From Hyphomicrobiales bacterium (GTDB lineage Bacteria > Pseudomonadota > Alphaproteobacteria > Rhizobiales > JACESI01), in the NCBI GenBank assembly GCA_039964305.1, contig JBDVXS010000139.1, forward strand, positions 1,501 through 65,500: a stretch of 64,000 nucleotides of DNA, read 5' to 3'. Shown here piece after piece: positions 31,730-42,135 of this stretch; positions within the stretch are counted from its first letter, which is position 1; each line of letters starts with the position of its first letter. The translations under genes and the position numbers were made by a program. The notes under the pieces are model-generated. The model did not search any database. It saw only the letters and a program-made list of their open reading frames with translations, and was not told the DNA's origin.

Positions 31730-31937
31730 TCATTTTTTCTTATAATTATTAATTACCCCCAAATTAGAAACGCTTTTTAAACTTACCGTTGATAATCATT
31801 GATGGATTATTCAATGCGTTCGGCTGTTGAATAAGCATATGCAGAGCAAAACTGGCGCCCATTATATTAGCCAGTCGGTTTGTTCTTCATGCCACCAAGA
31901 CGGCTAACCTGTGGTCGCACTGTTTCTAGGAAGGGAT

Positions 31938-33047
31938 ATGATTATGCTTATAAGAGGATTATTCGTCGCTTTAGTGGTTGGCAGCATCTTGAATATGCTC
32001 AACCAAGCAGCCGCCCTCACCGCTTGGGATGGTGTCAACTTCACTGCATTGGTGATGAACTACTGCATTCCCTTTTTTGTCTCCGTTGTCAGTTCTTGGC
32101 TCACTCAAAGAGGCATGCCATCAAAAGCGGCAACCGAAAACGTGGCGGGTGAAGCACCGACGGCACAAGTCATCACAAGCTCAGGAATAAATGTCAGAGA
32201 ACAAATCAACGACGCTGTCATTCCAAAGCAAGACCATAAAGAATTATCAGATGCACTGGGCATCCTTCAATCCATTGGCGGCAATGCGGAACGGGTGAAC
32301 AACCTAAGCCGTGAACGCAGTGGCACCATGAATCTTATCATGAATAAGACGAAGGAGCTTGACGAAAAGCTTGTCGCTATGAGCAACAAGACCGAAACAA
32401 GTTTGCAAGACCTAGACGCGATGGACCAAAAACTCAAACATACTTGCATGGCTGTTAGTCGCATCTTGGAAGGTGCAAAATCTGGATCAGAAACAACTAC
32501 CGCCCTCTCAAATTCTCTCGAAATTTTCTCAGAAAAATTCAACGAAATTCATCAGCTCATTGAGGTGATTTTGAAGATTTCCTCACAAACCAACCTGCTG
32601 GCCTTAAACGCAACCATAGAAGCCGCGCGGGCGGGCGAAGCTGGTCGTGGCTTTAGTGTTGTTGCAAGCGAGGTGAAAGATCTTGCCGCATCAACCGATC
32701 AGGCGGCGAAATCAATCTCGTCTATCGTTGAGCAAATGAACCAGCCAGTGGAAGACATTGCAACCCATTCACAAAAACTGGAAAACACGGTCAACTCAGC
32801 GCAAGAAGAAAGTACCGACTGCGTTGAATGCGTTGATAGTGCTATTGATACGATCCATCAAAGTGTCGAAAATGTTCGTTCGATTATGAATGAGGCAAAG
32901 CTAAACAGCACCGCTTTCAATGAGATTTCAGATTATATCGAACTCATTAAAACTGACACCGATGCCGCAATCAAAGGTTCCGCAAAGAATATGGATCTAT
33001 CCAGCGATGCGGGCCAGCGTTTAACCGCCGTGATGGGCCGCTCATAA
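31938..33047 (+). CDS. Methyl-accepting chemotaxis protein-type signalling protein with an NrtS-like two-TM N-terminal module
   Basis: MCP hairpin core [37 protein letters not shown]-terminus [20 protein letters not shown]...[17 protein letters not shown] at 31938 has aggaaggg upstream. The longest ORF starts at GTG 31911. Confidence 0.8.
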   Translation: MIMLIRGLFVALVVGSILNMLNQAAALTAWDGVNFTALVMNYCIPFFVSVVSSWLTQRGMPSKAATENVAGEAPTAQVITSSGINVREQINDAVIPKQDHKELSDALGILQSIGGNAERVNNLSRERSGTMNLIMNKTKELDEKLVAMSNKTETSLQDLDAMDQKLKHTCMAVSRILEGAKSGSETTTALSNSLEIFSEKFNEIHQLIEVILKISSQTNLLALNATIEAARAGEAGRGFSVVASEVKDLAASTDQAAKSISSIVEQMNQPVEDIATHSQKLENTVNSAQEESTDCVECVDSAIDTIHQSVENVRSIMNEAKLNSTAFNEISDYIELIKTDTDAAIKGSAKNMDLSSDAGQRLTAVMGRS

Positions 33048-33134
33048 GGCGAAGTAAGAAGCTTGTCGTAAAGCAAGATGGGGCGTAAAGACGAAAGACC
33101 TAATAATTCTTAGTCACCCCAAAGCAGGCAAGCC

Positions 33135-33803
33135 ATGCGTTCGTTTGATGAAATCTATACTATTGCAGCAAAGCGCAAAGGGGGGTCAGATGCCTTGAGC
33201 GCTCTGCTAGAGCCGCCGTTTTCACAATCAGAACTATTGAAAATCTCTGACGACCGCTGGCTTTCCATGATGACCAAATGCGTTTTTCAAGCTGGTTTCA
33301 GCTGGAAAGTTATTGAGGCCAAATGGGACGGTTTTGAAACCGCTTTTGAAGGCTTTGATATTGGTCGCTGTCTGTTTTTAAACGATGAAGATATGGAGCA
33401 ACTTCTCTCCAACAAAGACATTGTTCGAAACGGTATGAAAATAAAAACCGTTCAACAAAATGCCACCTTTGTCGCAGAGCTCGCAAAAGAACACGGCAGT
33501 GCAGCAAGCTTCTTCGCCAACTGGCCAAGCGAGAATTATATCGGTCTATTAGAGCTGCTCAAAAAACGCGGCTCGCGGCTTGGCGGATCAACAGCCCAAT
33601 ATTTCTTGCGCTTTATGGGCGTTGATAGCTTTGTTTTAAGCCGCGATGTTGTGGCGCGATTAATAGCCGAAGGCGTTGTTGATAAAAACCCAACCAGCAA
33701 AAGTGCCATGAAAGCCGTTCAATCGGCATTCAATACGTGGTCAGACCAATCAGGCCGCTCTTTAAAAGAAATTAGCCGCACACTCGCAATGAGTGTCGAC
33801 TAA
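33135..33803 (+). CDS. DNA-3-methyladenine glycosylase I (Tag)-like protein
   Basis: Adenine-glycosylase-family blocks (QAGFSWKVIEAKW, IVRNGMKI, GGSTAQYFL). It lacks the E. coli Tag zinc-snap Cys/His residues. Confidence 0.7.
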   Translation: MRSFDEIYTIAAKRKGGSDALSALLEPPFSQSELLKISDDRWLSMMTKCVFQAGFSWKVIEAKWDGFETAFEGFDIGRCLFLNDEDMEQLLSNKDIVRNGMKIKTVQQNATFVAELAKEHGSAASFFANWPSENYIGLLELLKKRGSRLGGSTAQYFLRFMGVDSFVLSRDVVARLIAEGVVDKNPTSKSAMKAVQSAFNTWSDQSGRSLKEISRTLAMSVD

Positions 33804-33814
33804 AAAAAGCGCCC

Positions 33815-34078
33815 TCACTCCGCTTTAAGCTCGAGCGCCAAAGCGTGGACAGGATGTTTCAACTCATCCGCCAAAACCTCATTGACCATGCGATGTTGGG
33901 CCACTCGCATTTTTCCAGCAAATTGTTCACTGGTCATTCTCACGCGAAAATGAGTTTCACCGTCGCCGCCCGGATTGCCCGAATGTCCCGCATGAAGATG
34001 GCTCTCGTCCAGCACTTCTATGGCTGTTGGGGCAAATTCTTTAGTGAGTTTTTGTTCTATCGTGTCACGCACAGACAT
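33815..34078 (-). CDS. bolA: BolA-family protein
   Basis: 87 aa with the BolA blocks DESHLHAGH and FRV...F.G..RV.RHR.V. Confidence 0.85.
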   Translation of the reverse strand: MSVRDTIEQKLTKEFAPTAIEVLDESHLHAGHSGNPGGDGETHFRVRMTSEQFAGKMRVAQHRMVNEVLADELKHPVHALALELKAE

Positions 34079-34114
34079 AAATTAAAGCCCTATTCGCATT
34101 GATTCCATTTGAGG

Positions 34115-34130
34115 GGGTGATATATCACCC
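34115..34130. promoter_or_regulatory. Perfect 16-bp palindrome in the bolA / J-domain divergent intergenic region
   Basis: gggtgata|tatcaccc, read directly. It lies 37 nt from the bolA start. Confidence 0.4.
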
Positions 34131-34232
34131 TATATTCCGCTATAGTTATGCCCCAACCGGCTTTTGGGCAAGCATGTCTTTAGCCGTGAATACAATTTCA
34201 ACGCCTCCTCCCGGCGACATTAGGTTCAATCA

Positions 34233-34847
34233 ATGCCAGAAAAATCGTCTATTTTCGATTCAATCCGCGTCAAACCAAGCAAAACTGAAGAAGCTGCAAA
34301 AGCAGACGAACAGATATGCCAATGGGAAGGATGCGAGAATAAAGGCATACACAAAGCCCCACGCGGTCGCGACCGTGAAGGCGAATATGTTTTTTACTGC
34401 GCCACTCATGTTCGTGAATACAATAAGAACTACAATTATTTCTCAGGCATGGATGATGACACGATTGCGACCTATCAAAAGGCGTCATCCACAGGTCATC
34501 GCCCAACATGGGAAGTAAGCTCAAATTCTTGGGGAAGCCGCCAGCGCACAGCAAGCGGCGGCATTCCAGGCAGCAAACCTTGGTTGCACCGTGACAAACC
34601 ACAACAACCAGGTGCACCGGCACCAGAAGTACGCCGCCAACGCAAGCTTAAACGCCTTGAAAAACAAAGCCTTGAGAAACTTGCGTTGCCAGACAATGCA
34701 ACGGGCAAAGAAATTAAGTCGAAGTATAAGCAACTTGTGAAAACCCATCACCCAGATGCAAATGGCGGCGATCGCTCATCTGAAGATCGGTTGCGTGAGA
34801 TTATTCAGGCTTATAATTTCCTTAAATCGGCTGGCTTTACGGATTAA
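34233..34847 (+). CDS. J-domain protein with N-terminal Cys-rich (CxxxxC...C..H) motif
   Basis: C-terminal J domain with HPD (YKQLVKTHHPDANGGD). N-terminus CQWEGC...YCATH. Confidence 0.8.
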   Translation: MPEKSSIFDSIRVKPSKTEEAAKADEQICQWEGCENKGIHKAPRGRDREGEYVFYCATHVREYNKNYNYFSGMDDDTIATYQKASSTGHRPTWEVSSNSWGSRQRTASGGIPGSKPWLHRDKPQQPGAPAPEVRRQRKLKRLEKQSLEKLALPDNATGKEIKSKYKQLVKTHHPDANGGDRSSEDRLREIIQAYNFLKSAGFTD

Positions 34848-35023
34848 TCGGCGCTAGGAAGAATATGACGCTTTGGAGCCAATCAGAATTAGTTGGTAAT
34901 CCAAGGCTGGAAATTCGAATTGTTTGCGTTATCTTTAAAAAAACAACCGAACCATTCCCTCATTTAAGACGGTAAGAACGACAATCAGTTCCAGATGAAG
35001 ACCCATCGCGGAACGGAGGCATT

Positions 35024-36007
35024 ATGAACGATATGACAACACAAATTGGCCTGCCAGACACAGAAGTTTCAGTACGCGATCTGTTTAACATTGATAGCGA
35101 CTTGAAAGTGCCCGCCTTTAGCGAAGCAACGTCGCATGTTCCAGAACTGGACCCTGATTACCTTTTTGATCGCCAAACAACCTTGGCCATCTTGGCGGGT
35201 TTCGCGTTTAACCGCCGTGTGATGGTATCAGGCTATCACGGCACGGGTAAATCAACCCACATCGAGCAGGTTGCTGCCCGCCTTAACTGGCCGTTGGTCC
35301 GCGTCAATCTTGATAGCCATATCAGCCGTATTGATCTTATCGGTAAAGATGCCATCGTCTTGAAAGACGGCAAACAAGTAACAGAATTCCGTGACGGTAT
35401 TTTGCCTTGGGCGCTGCAAAATAATGTTGCCATCGTCTTTGATGAATATGACGCTGGCCGCCCTGATGTGATGTTCGTCATTCAGCGTGTGCTTGAAAAA
35501 GCGGGTAAACTGACCTTGCTTGACCAAAGCCGCGTGATTGAACCACACCCTTCTTTCCGTATTTTCGCAACAGCCAATACAATCGGCCTTGGCGACACAT
35601 CCGGCCTTTATCACGGCACACAACAATTGAACCAAGGCCAAATGGACCGTTGGTCTGTTGTGACCACACTCAACTATCTACCCCATGACAATGAAGTTGA
35701 TATCGTTCAGGCGAAATCGACGAAATATGGCACGGCGGAAGAGCGCTCTACCGTTTCCAAAATGGTGCGCGTGGCAGAACTTTGCCGTAACGCGTTCATG
35801 AACGGTGACATCTCAACCGTTATGAGCCCACGGACAGTTTTGACATGGGCAGAAAACGCTGAGATTTTTGATGATATTGGCTTTTCTTTCCGCGTCACCT
35901 TCCTCAACAAATGTGACGATTTAGAGCGCCCGCAAATTGCGGAGTTCTATCAGCGTGCCTTTGGCGAGGAATTGCCTGAATCAGCTGCTAATCTGGTTAT
36001 GAGCTAA
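35024..36007 (+). CDS. cobS: Cobaltochelatase subunit CobS (MoxR-like AAA+ ATPase)
   Basis: Walker [10 protein letters not shown] and Walker B IVFDEYD. Length 327 aa, with alphaproteobacterial CobS family sequence blocks. Confidence 0.9.
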   Translation: MNDMTTQIGLPDTEVSVRDLFNIDSDLKVPAFSEATSHVPELDPDYLFDRQTTLAILAGFAFNRRVMVSGYHGTGKSTHIEQVAARLNWPLVRVNLDSHISRIDLIGKDAIVLKDGKQVTEFRDGILPWALQNNVAIVFDEYDAGRPDVMFVIQRVLEKAGKLTLLDQSRVIEPHPSFRIFATANTIGLGDTSGLYHGTQQLNQGQMDRWSVVTTLNYLPHDNEVDIVQAKSTKYGTAEERSTVSKMVRVAELCRNAFMNGDISTVMSPRTVLTWAENAEIFDDIGFSFRVTFLNKCDDLERPQIAEFYQRAFGEELPESAANLVMS

Positions 36008-36018
36008 ACGGTCCCATC

Positions 36019-38064
36019 ATGGCATTGGATTCCAAAACGCCAAACAAGCCCACCAGCAAAAATGCTGGCAAAGGCCCAACACCAAGCGATGTTTTTAAAC
36101 AAGCATTGTCTGGCTGTATGCGTGCGGTATCTGGTGACGAACTTGAAGTCACTTTTGCCAATGACCGCCCAAGCATGAGCGGCGACACGGCCCGCCTGCC
36201 AGAACCAGCTCGCAAAATGACAGCGCGCGACATTTCAATCACGCGCGGCCTTGCTGACAGTATGGCGCTTCGCCGTGCCTGCCATGACACAGGCGTCCAC
36301 CGCAAAAATGCACCGCAAGGCCAAATGGGTCAGGCGATTTTTGATGCGGTTGAACAAGCGCGGGTGGAAACGCTCGGCGCGCAGCGCATGCCGGGCATGG
36401 TGCCAAATCTCAATGCTATGCTGGAAGACAAATACCATCGCGGCAATTTCACAGACATCACAGATAAAGCAGACGCCCCCCTGGAAGATGCGATTGCTCT
36501 TTTAATGCGCGAACGCCTTGGCGGCATGAAAATTCCTGAAAGTGGTGAAGCTGTCGTCGATATGTGGCGTGATTTCATCGAAAGCAAAGCGGGCACATCA
36601 CTCGACCAATTGGGTGGCCTTTTGGAAGATCAAGAAGGCTTTGCCAATGGCGTGCGCGAACTTCTGACATCCCTCGACATGGCAGATCAGATCGGTGAAG
36701 ACGACCGCTCAGAAGATGACAATGAAGACGGCGAGGATGCCGCCGACCAAAACGACAATAGCAGCGAAGAAAATGACGGTCGTCAGGACCAAGCCGATTC
36801 GGAAGATGAGGGCGAACCAGAGATGACTGAAGCCTCTGGTGAGGAACAAGATTCTGGTGAGACAGAAATGGGCGAAACCTTCGCCGATGACATGTTTGAT
36901 GAAGACTTTGGTGATTTTGAAGAAGACGATGGCGACGCCCCACGCCCCGACCATAATTTTGCCAATGAACCACCCGTCATTGATTACAAAATCTATAGCG
37001 GCGAGTTTGATGAGATGGTGGGCGCTGAAGAGCTTTGCGATGGCGAAGAGCTAGAACGTCTACGCGGCTTCCTCGATAAGCAGCTCAACCAAATGCACGG
37101 CGTTGTTGCAAAACTTGCAAACCGCCTACAGCGTCGTCTGCTCGCCCAACAAAATCGTGGTTGGGATTTCGACCTTGAAGAAGGTGTTCTTGATACAGCA
37201 CGGCTCGTGCGCGTGGTCACAGACCCTATGCAGCCGCTCTCCTTTAAGGCAGAACGCGACACAGAATTCCGCGACACTGTCGTAACCTTGCTGCTTGATA
37301 ATTCAGGCTCCATGCGGGGTCGCCCAATTACAGTTGCTGCCGTTTGCGCCGATATTCTCGCCCGCACACTAGAGCGGTGCGGCGTGAAGGTTGAGATTTT
37401 AGGCTTCACCACCAAAGCGTGGAAAGGCGGCCAATCTCGTGAGAAATGGCTGCAAGATGGCAAACCGACATCACCGGGACGCCTCAATGATTTGCGCCAC
37501 ATCGTCTACAAATCTGCGGACGCCCCTTGGCGTCGTGCACGACGTAATCTTGGCTTGATGATGCGAGAAGGCTTATTGAAAGAAAACATCGATGGCGAAG
37601 CGCTTTTGTGGGCGCATAACCGTCTCATCGACCGCCCTGAAAACCGCAAAATCTTGATGATGATTTCAGACGGTGCGCCAGTGGATGATTCAACGCTTTC
37701 AGTAAACGCTGGCAATTATCTTGAGAAACACCTGCGCGGCGTTATCGAAGAGATTGAGAACAATTCACCTGTTGAATTGCTCGCCATCGGCATCGGCCAC
37801 GACGTGACACGCTATTATAAGCGCGCGCTTACAATTGTGGATGCGGAAGAATTGGCTGGTGCGATGACAGACAAGCTTGCTGAACTTTTTGATGAAAACA
37901 TCAAATCGGATTGGGATAGCCCTGCACCAAAAAACAACCAAATGCGCGGACCTATGGCCGTGCCACCGACCGCCGAAAGCCTGCAAAAAAGTGCTGGCGA
38001 TAGTGACAGATTGAAAGCAGCCCGCATCATGGCCGAATTATCCAAAGGGCGGGTGGTGAAATAA
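36019..38064 (+). CDS. cobT: Cobaltochelatase subunit CobT (vWA domain, long acidic linker)
   Basis: 681 aa with a D/E-rich tract around aa 225-310 and a C-terminal vWA domain (LLLDNSGSM ... [10 protein letters not shown]). It directly follows cobS. Confidence 0.85.
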   Translation: MALDSKTPNKPTSKNAGKGPTPSDVFKQALSGCMRAVSGDELEVTFANDRPSMSGDTARLPEPARKMTARDISITRGLADSMALRRACHDTGVHRKNAPQGQMGQAIFDAVEQARVETLGAQRMPGMVPNLNAMLEDKYHRGNFTDITDKADAPLEDAIALLMRERLGGMKIPESGEAVVDMWRDFIESKAGTSLDQLGGLLEDQEGFANGVRELLTSLDMADQIGEDDRSEDDNEDGEDAADQNDNSSEENDGRQDQADSEDEGEPEMTEASGEEQDSGETEMGETFADDMFDEDFGDFEEDDGDAPRPDHNFANEPPVIDYKIYSGEFDEMVGAEELCDGEELERLRGFLDKQLNQMHGVVAKLANRLQRRLLAQQNRGWDFDLEEGVLDTARLVRVVTDPMQPLSFKAERDTEFRDTVVTLLLDNSGSMRGRPITVAAVCADILARTLERCGVKVEILGFTTKAWKGGQSREKWLQDGKPTSPGRLNDLRHIVYKSADAPWRRARRNLGLMMREGLLKENIDGEALLWAHNRLIDRPENRKILMMISDGAPVDDSTLSVNAGNYLEKHLRGVIEEIENNSPVELLAIGIGHDVTRYYKRALTIVDAEELAGAMTDKLAELFDENIKSDWDSPAPKNNQMRGPMAVPPTAESLQKSAGDSDRLKAARIMAELSKGRVVK

Positions 38065-39101
38065 TGGCGCATTGCTGGCGATTAGCACTGGCGTTTGCAA
38101 CTGTTTTATTTTCAGTTCTTTTGAGCCAATTGGCGCAAGCGCAGGAAAAGCCTTTCAGCGTCAACGTTCAATCAGAAATTTTTACGGTCTTCGAACCGAG
38201 CAAACCAAATCAAAAAACATTTGGGCCTTTGACTTTCAAAGGCGGCGCAGCGCTATTGGGCGACCAGCGAGCTTTTGGCGGCCTTTCCGGCATACAAGTC
38301 GTCAATCAAGGCCGCCGTTTGATTGCTATTTCTGATTCAGGCTATTGGCTCACCGCCAAAATAGAGCGCAATGACAATCAAAGCTTCAAAGCCTTGAAAA
38401 ACGTCAAAATGATAAAGCTCTATTCAGGGGCTGGGCCACGCGGCGCTGTCGATAAGTTTTACCGTGATGCTGAAGGCATCACCCGTCTGGACAACCAACT
38501 TTACGTATCCTTTGAAGGTGCGCACACGATTTCTGAATACGCCTATACGAAAACAGGCCTTCAGCTTAACCCACGCGTTTTAAACCTTCCTGCTGGGCTG
38601 AAAAAATCGCAACAAAATAAAGGCATGGAAGCACTCGCCCATGCCCCACGCGGCACAGCTTTGGAAGGTCATTTGGTCACCATCCTAGAACGGGGTGGCA
38701 GACGCCATGAACCGACCTATGGCTGGATTATCAACCCACAAAAAGCAAGTGACAAAGAAGGCAGGTTCACCCTGTTACGGGACAGCCTGTTCGACGTGAC
38801 GGGTGCTGAATTTTTAAAAAATGGCGACCTTTTGGTGTTAGAGCGCCGCTTCACCTTAGCGACAGGTGCTGGTATGCGCCTCCGCCTCATCAAAGCGGAT
38901 GAACTGAAAAAGAACGAGACCATTACAGGACAAATCCTGTTTGAAGCAGGCCTTTCACACCGCATCGACAATATGGAATCGATTTCAGTCTATGAAAATG
39001 AAGAGGGTGAAACGATTTTGGCCTTCATTTCCGATGACAACCATTCTGTTTTACAACGAACTATTTTCTTAGAGTTCGTTCTCGACACTGCCAAATTATA
39101 G
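38064..39101 (+). CDS. Secreted esterase-like-activity-of-phytase family protein
   Basis: Signal peptide plus blocks GGLSGI, ISDSGYW, DAEGI, NKGMEALA and ISDDN. Its ATG overlaps the cobT stop (TAATG). Confidence 0.7.
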   Translation: MAHCWRLALAFATVLFSVLLSQLAQAQEKPFSVNVQSEIFTVFEPSKPNQKTFGPLTFKGGAALLGDQRAFGGLSGIQVVNQGRRLIAISDSGYWLTAKIERNDNQSFKALKNVKMIKLYSGAGPRGAVDKFYRDAEGITRLDNQLYVSFEGAHTISEYAYTKTGLQLNPRVLNLPAGLKKSQQNKGMEALAHAPRGTALEGHLVTILERGGRRHEPTYGWIINPQKASDKEGRFTLLRDSLFDVTGAEFLKNGDLLVLERRFTLATGAGMRLRLIKADELKKNETITGQILFEAGLSHRIDNMESISVYENEEGETILAFISDDNHSVLQRTIFLEFVLDTAKL

Positions 39102-39209
39102 GCCTTTATTGAAGGGGCCGTTTTGCAAAATTTGGTCGAACGCCTTAATTGCGCTAACAAGTTGCTTATGAGTTTCACAAAGACCTTTTAAAAGACCGGA
39201 GTTTTCATA

Positions 39210-39860
39210 GTGCGTCGTCTCATTTCGCTCTTATCAATTGCAATTTTTCTACCTGTAGCAATCGCGCAAGCAGCAACGCCGCCGGTTCCAAAGCAAAATC
39301 CAGCAGCAAGCGGAGCGTCAACGCCGGTCGTCTCGCAAGCGCAAGCTCAGCAAGCAGGTCTTGCACCGAAAGCGACAGCCAATTTACAGAAAAAGTTCAC
39401 ACTTGAAGGCTTCTTTGCTGGCAAAACGATTGCCAAAGGCACAATATTTTCGAAAACGGTTGGTGCAGGTCGGTCCTTCAACATGAGCACTGTCGGCACT
39501 TGGGATGGTAAAGTCCTAACCTTGGTTGAAAACTATCAATATGCCGCAGGCGATAATGAGCAGCGGATCTGGAAATTCACCAAAACAGGCAATGGAACCT
39601 ATACGGCTACCAGCAAAGAAATTTTAAAGAAAATCAACGTCGTGATTAAAGGCCGTGTTGCCAGCTTCAAATACCAAAAGAAACTCCCTCGCCCGGGCAA
39701 AAGCCCTGTCAAAGTGACATTTACCGAGCAATGGACGCTGAATAAGAACGGCACACTTTCAAGTACGGCAAAGCTAACCAAGCTGGTGCGCGTTGGTCGT
39801 GAGGCCATCAACTTTGCCCGTGCAGGCAATGAAGCAGCGCTAAAAGCACCGGGCTTTTAG
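39210..39860 (+). CDS. Secreted protein, DUF3833-like
   Basis: Signal peptide, an Ala/Pro/Gln-rich linker, then LEGFFAGK...GTWDG..L.L.E.Y.Y..G..E.R.W, which resembles DUF3833 as I recall it. GTG start. Confidence 0.5.
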   Translation: MRRLISLLSIAIFLPVAIAQAATPPVPKQNPAASGASTPVVSQAQAQQAGLAPKATANLQKKFTLEGFFAGKTIAKGTIFSKTVGAGRSFNMSTVGTWDGKVLTLVENYQYAAGDNEQRIWKFTKTGNGTYTATSKEILKKINVVIKGRVASFKYQKKLPRPGKSPVKVTFTEQWTLNKNGTLSSTAKLTKLVRVGREAINFARAGNEAALKAPGF

Positions 39861-39913
39861 GATAATCTCACAAAAAACTTGCATTTTCGCGCCAATTGAA
39901 CGCATGACACCGC

Positions 39914-40957
39914 ATGAAATTTCTTGATCAGGCTAAAATATACATTTCCTCGGGCAAAGGTGGGGCTGGCTCCATTTCCTTTAGACGGGAGAAATACATT
40001 CAACACGGCGGACCCGATGGCGGGGACGGAGGCAGTGGCGGGCATGTCTTTGCCGAATGCGTTGACGGCCTCAACACGCTCATCGACTATCGCTACCAAC
40101 AGCACTTTAAAGGCAAAACCGGTGGCCACGGCATGGGCAGAAATCGCCATGGCGCCAATGGCGATCATTGCATCGTGAAAGTGCCTGTGGGCACACAAGT
40201 GTTTTATGAAGACAACGAAACCTTGATTGCTGACTTCACCAAAGTTGGTGAAAAAGTACGCATCGCCCGTGGTGGCAATGGTGGCTTTGGCAACGCTTAT
40301 TTCAAATCTGCCGTGAACCAAGCCCCCCGCCGCGCCAACCCTGGCGAAGACGGCGAAGAGATGACGATTTGGCTTCGTTTGAAGTTGATTGCTGATGCTG
40401 GCTTGGTGGGTCTACCAAATGCAGGCAAGTCGACTTTTCTTGCCAGTGTCACAGCCGCCAAACCTAAAATTGCTGATTACCCTTTCACCACCCTGCACCC
40501 TAATTTGGGCGTGGTGCGCATTGATGCGCGTGAATTTGTTCTGGCTGATATTCCAGGCCTCATCGAAGGCGCCCATGAAGGTGTTGGCATTGGCGACCGC
40601 TTCTTAGGCCACATTGAGCGCTGCGCCACAAATCTACACCTTGTTGATGGCACCGCTGATGATGTTGCTGAAAGCTACCGCATTGTGCGCGGTGAACTTG
40701 ATGCCTATGCCAATGGTCTGGAAGAAAAACCAGAAATAGTGGCGCTTACAAAAGTTGACGCCCTCAGCGATGATGAGATTAAGGCAAAGACCAAAGAGCT
40801 TGAAAAAGCCTGCAAAACAAAAGTGCTCCCGCTTTCAGCCCCAACCCGCCAAGGGGTTGATGAGGTGTTGCGCGCTTTGATGGATGCCATCACTGATAAA
40901 CGCGATGCAGAACGCGCTGCCAACGAACCAGAAAGCGAAGGCTGGAGCCCGGTTTAG
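39914..40957 (+). CDS. obgE: GTPase ObgE/CgtA
   Basis: N-terminal Obg fold [15 protein letters not shown], with G1 GLPNAGKST and G3 DIPGLIEGA. Confidence 0.95.
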   Translation: MKFLDQAKIYISSGKGGAGSISFRREKYIQHGGPDGGDGGSGGHVFAECVDGLNTLIDYRYQQHFKGKTGGHGMGRNRHGANGDHCIVKVPVGTQVFYEDNETLIADFTKVGEKVRIARGGNGGFGNAYFKSAVNQAPRRANPGEDGEEMTIWLRLKLIADAGLVGLPNAGKSTFLASVTAAKPKIADYPFTTLHPNLGVVRIDAREFVLADIPGLIEGAHEGVGIGDRFLGHIERCATNLHLVDGTADDVAESYRIVRGELDAYANGLEEKPEIVALTKVDALSDDEIKAKTKELEKACKTKVLPLSAPTRQGVDEVLRALMDAITDKRDAERAANEPESEGWSPV

Positions 40958-40959
40958 TC

Positions 40960-42075
40960 ATGGCAAAGCTGTCAAATTTCAAACGCATCGTCGTCAAAAT
41001 TGGCTCTGCCCTTTTGGTTGACCATTCGACGGGAACCTTGAGACGCGACTGGCTGTTTTCCCTTGCCGACGACCTAGCGCACCTGAAACAGCAAGGCCTC
41101 GACGTCATCGTCGTATCAAGTGGTGCGATTGCTCTGGGTCGCCATGTGTTGGGTCTTCCCAAAGGTCCTTTGAAACTTGAAGAAAGCCAAGCCGCAGCAA
41201 GTGTAGGGCAAATTGCACTGGCGCCTGCATGGGAAGAAGCCCTCAGCAGGCATGACATTACCACGGGCCAAGTTTTACTAACACTCGCGGATACGGAAGA
41301 GCGTCGCCGCTATTTAAACGCGCGCGCAACCATCGGCACCTTGTTGAAATTAAGCGCAGTGCCAATCATCAATGAAAACGATACCGTCGCAACCGCTGAA
41401 ATTCGCTATGGCGATAATGACCGTTTAGCCGCGAGAGTTGCCACCATGACAGGGGCAGATGGCTTGGTTTTGCTTTCCGACATTGATGGCCTTTATGATG
41501 CGCCCCCAGCCGACAACCCCAATGCCAAACACATTGAGGTAATCGCCCAAATTACGCCTGAAATCGAAGCCATGGCAGGCTCTGCTGGAACCGCTTATGC
41601 CTCTGGCGGCATGACCACAAAAGTGGAGGCCGCAAAAATCGCGGTTGCAGGCGGCACAACAATGTTCATTGCCTCTGGGCAAGAATTAAACCCGCTAAAA
41701 GCAATCGATCATGGCGCAAAGTGCAGTTTGTTTGCAGCGCAAGAAACGCCGTTTGATGCCCGCAAGCAATATATTGCAGGCCACCTTGATCCCCACGGCA
41801 AACTGATTTTAGACGCAGGCGCTGTAAAAGCCCTCCATGCAGGAAAGAGCCTTCTTCCTGCTGGTGTCACCTCAATTGAAGGGGCCTTTGAACGCGGGGA
41901 TACGGTTGCTATCGTCTGTCCAAAAGGCGTAGAAATTGCTCGTGGGCTTGTCGCTTATGATGACCAAGAGGCGGTTCAAATTCTTGGATGCCAAAGCGGC
42001 GACATAGAAAATATCCTCGGATACCCTGGCCGCGCGGTCATGGTGCATCGCGACGATATGGTGATGATTAGTTAG
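40960..42075 (+). CDS. proB: Glutamate 5-kinase
   Basis: [12 protein letters not shown]-terminus, VVSSGA and a C-terminal PUA domain. Length 371 aa. Confidence 0.95.
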   Translation: MAKLSNFKRIVVKIGSALLVDHSTGTLRRDWLFSLADDLAHLKQQGLDVIVVSSGAIALGRHVLGLPKGPLKLEESQAAASVGQIALAPAWEEALSRHDITTGQVLLTLADTEERRRYLNARATIGTLLKLSAVPIINENDTVATAEIRYGDNDRLAARVATMTGADGLVLLSDIDGLYDAPPADNPNAKHIEVIAQITPEIEAMAGSAGTAYASGGMTTKVEAAKIAVAGGTTMFIASGQELNPLKAIDHGAKCSLFAAQETPFDARKQYIAGHLDPHGKLILDAGAVKALHAGKSLLPAGVTSIEGAFERGDTVAIVCPKGVEIARGLVAYDDQEAVQILGCQSGDIENILGYPGRAVMVHRDDMVMIS

Positions 42076-42135
42076 ATTAAAAACTCACGGCGAATCGCGC
42101 TATGACTTGTTAAGTTGAATATTCGAGATAGCGCC

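Noticed and set aside
34099-34518. 139-aa plus-strand ORF overlapping the J-domain gene
   Set aside because: It is in a different frame from the ORF that carries the HPD J-domain and the Cys motif. It begins in the promoter region and has no motifs.
34848-35023. Possible cobalamin riboswitch upstream of cobS (ggtaatcc and gaagaccc resemble fragments of the GGTGxAAxTCC and B12-box cores)
   Set aside because: The conserved GCCACTG core and the paired flanks are absent, and the similarities are only short fragments. cmsearch with RF00174 is needed to be certain.
36575-36980. Cluster of minus-strand ORFs (132, 81 and 65 aa)
   Set aside because: They are artefacts of the GA-rich acidic-tract coding region of cobT, which lacks stop codons on the opposite strand.
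35024-38064. MoxR-like AAA+ plus vWA pair as a candidate novel defence or stress module
   Set aside because: Sequence blocks, lengths, the acidic CobT linker and the bolA/J-domain synteny are those of the standard alphaproteobacterial CobS/CobT, not an unknown system.
39102-39130. Weak hairpin ggcc...ggccgtttt after the phytase-like gene
   Set aside because: The stem has only about 4 clean base pairs and needs wobbles or a bulge. That is not enough to call a terminator.
39857-40321. 154-aa minus-strand ORF
   Set aside because: It is antisense to the obgE N-terminal Gly-rich region and has no independent support.
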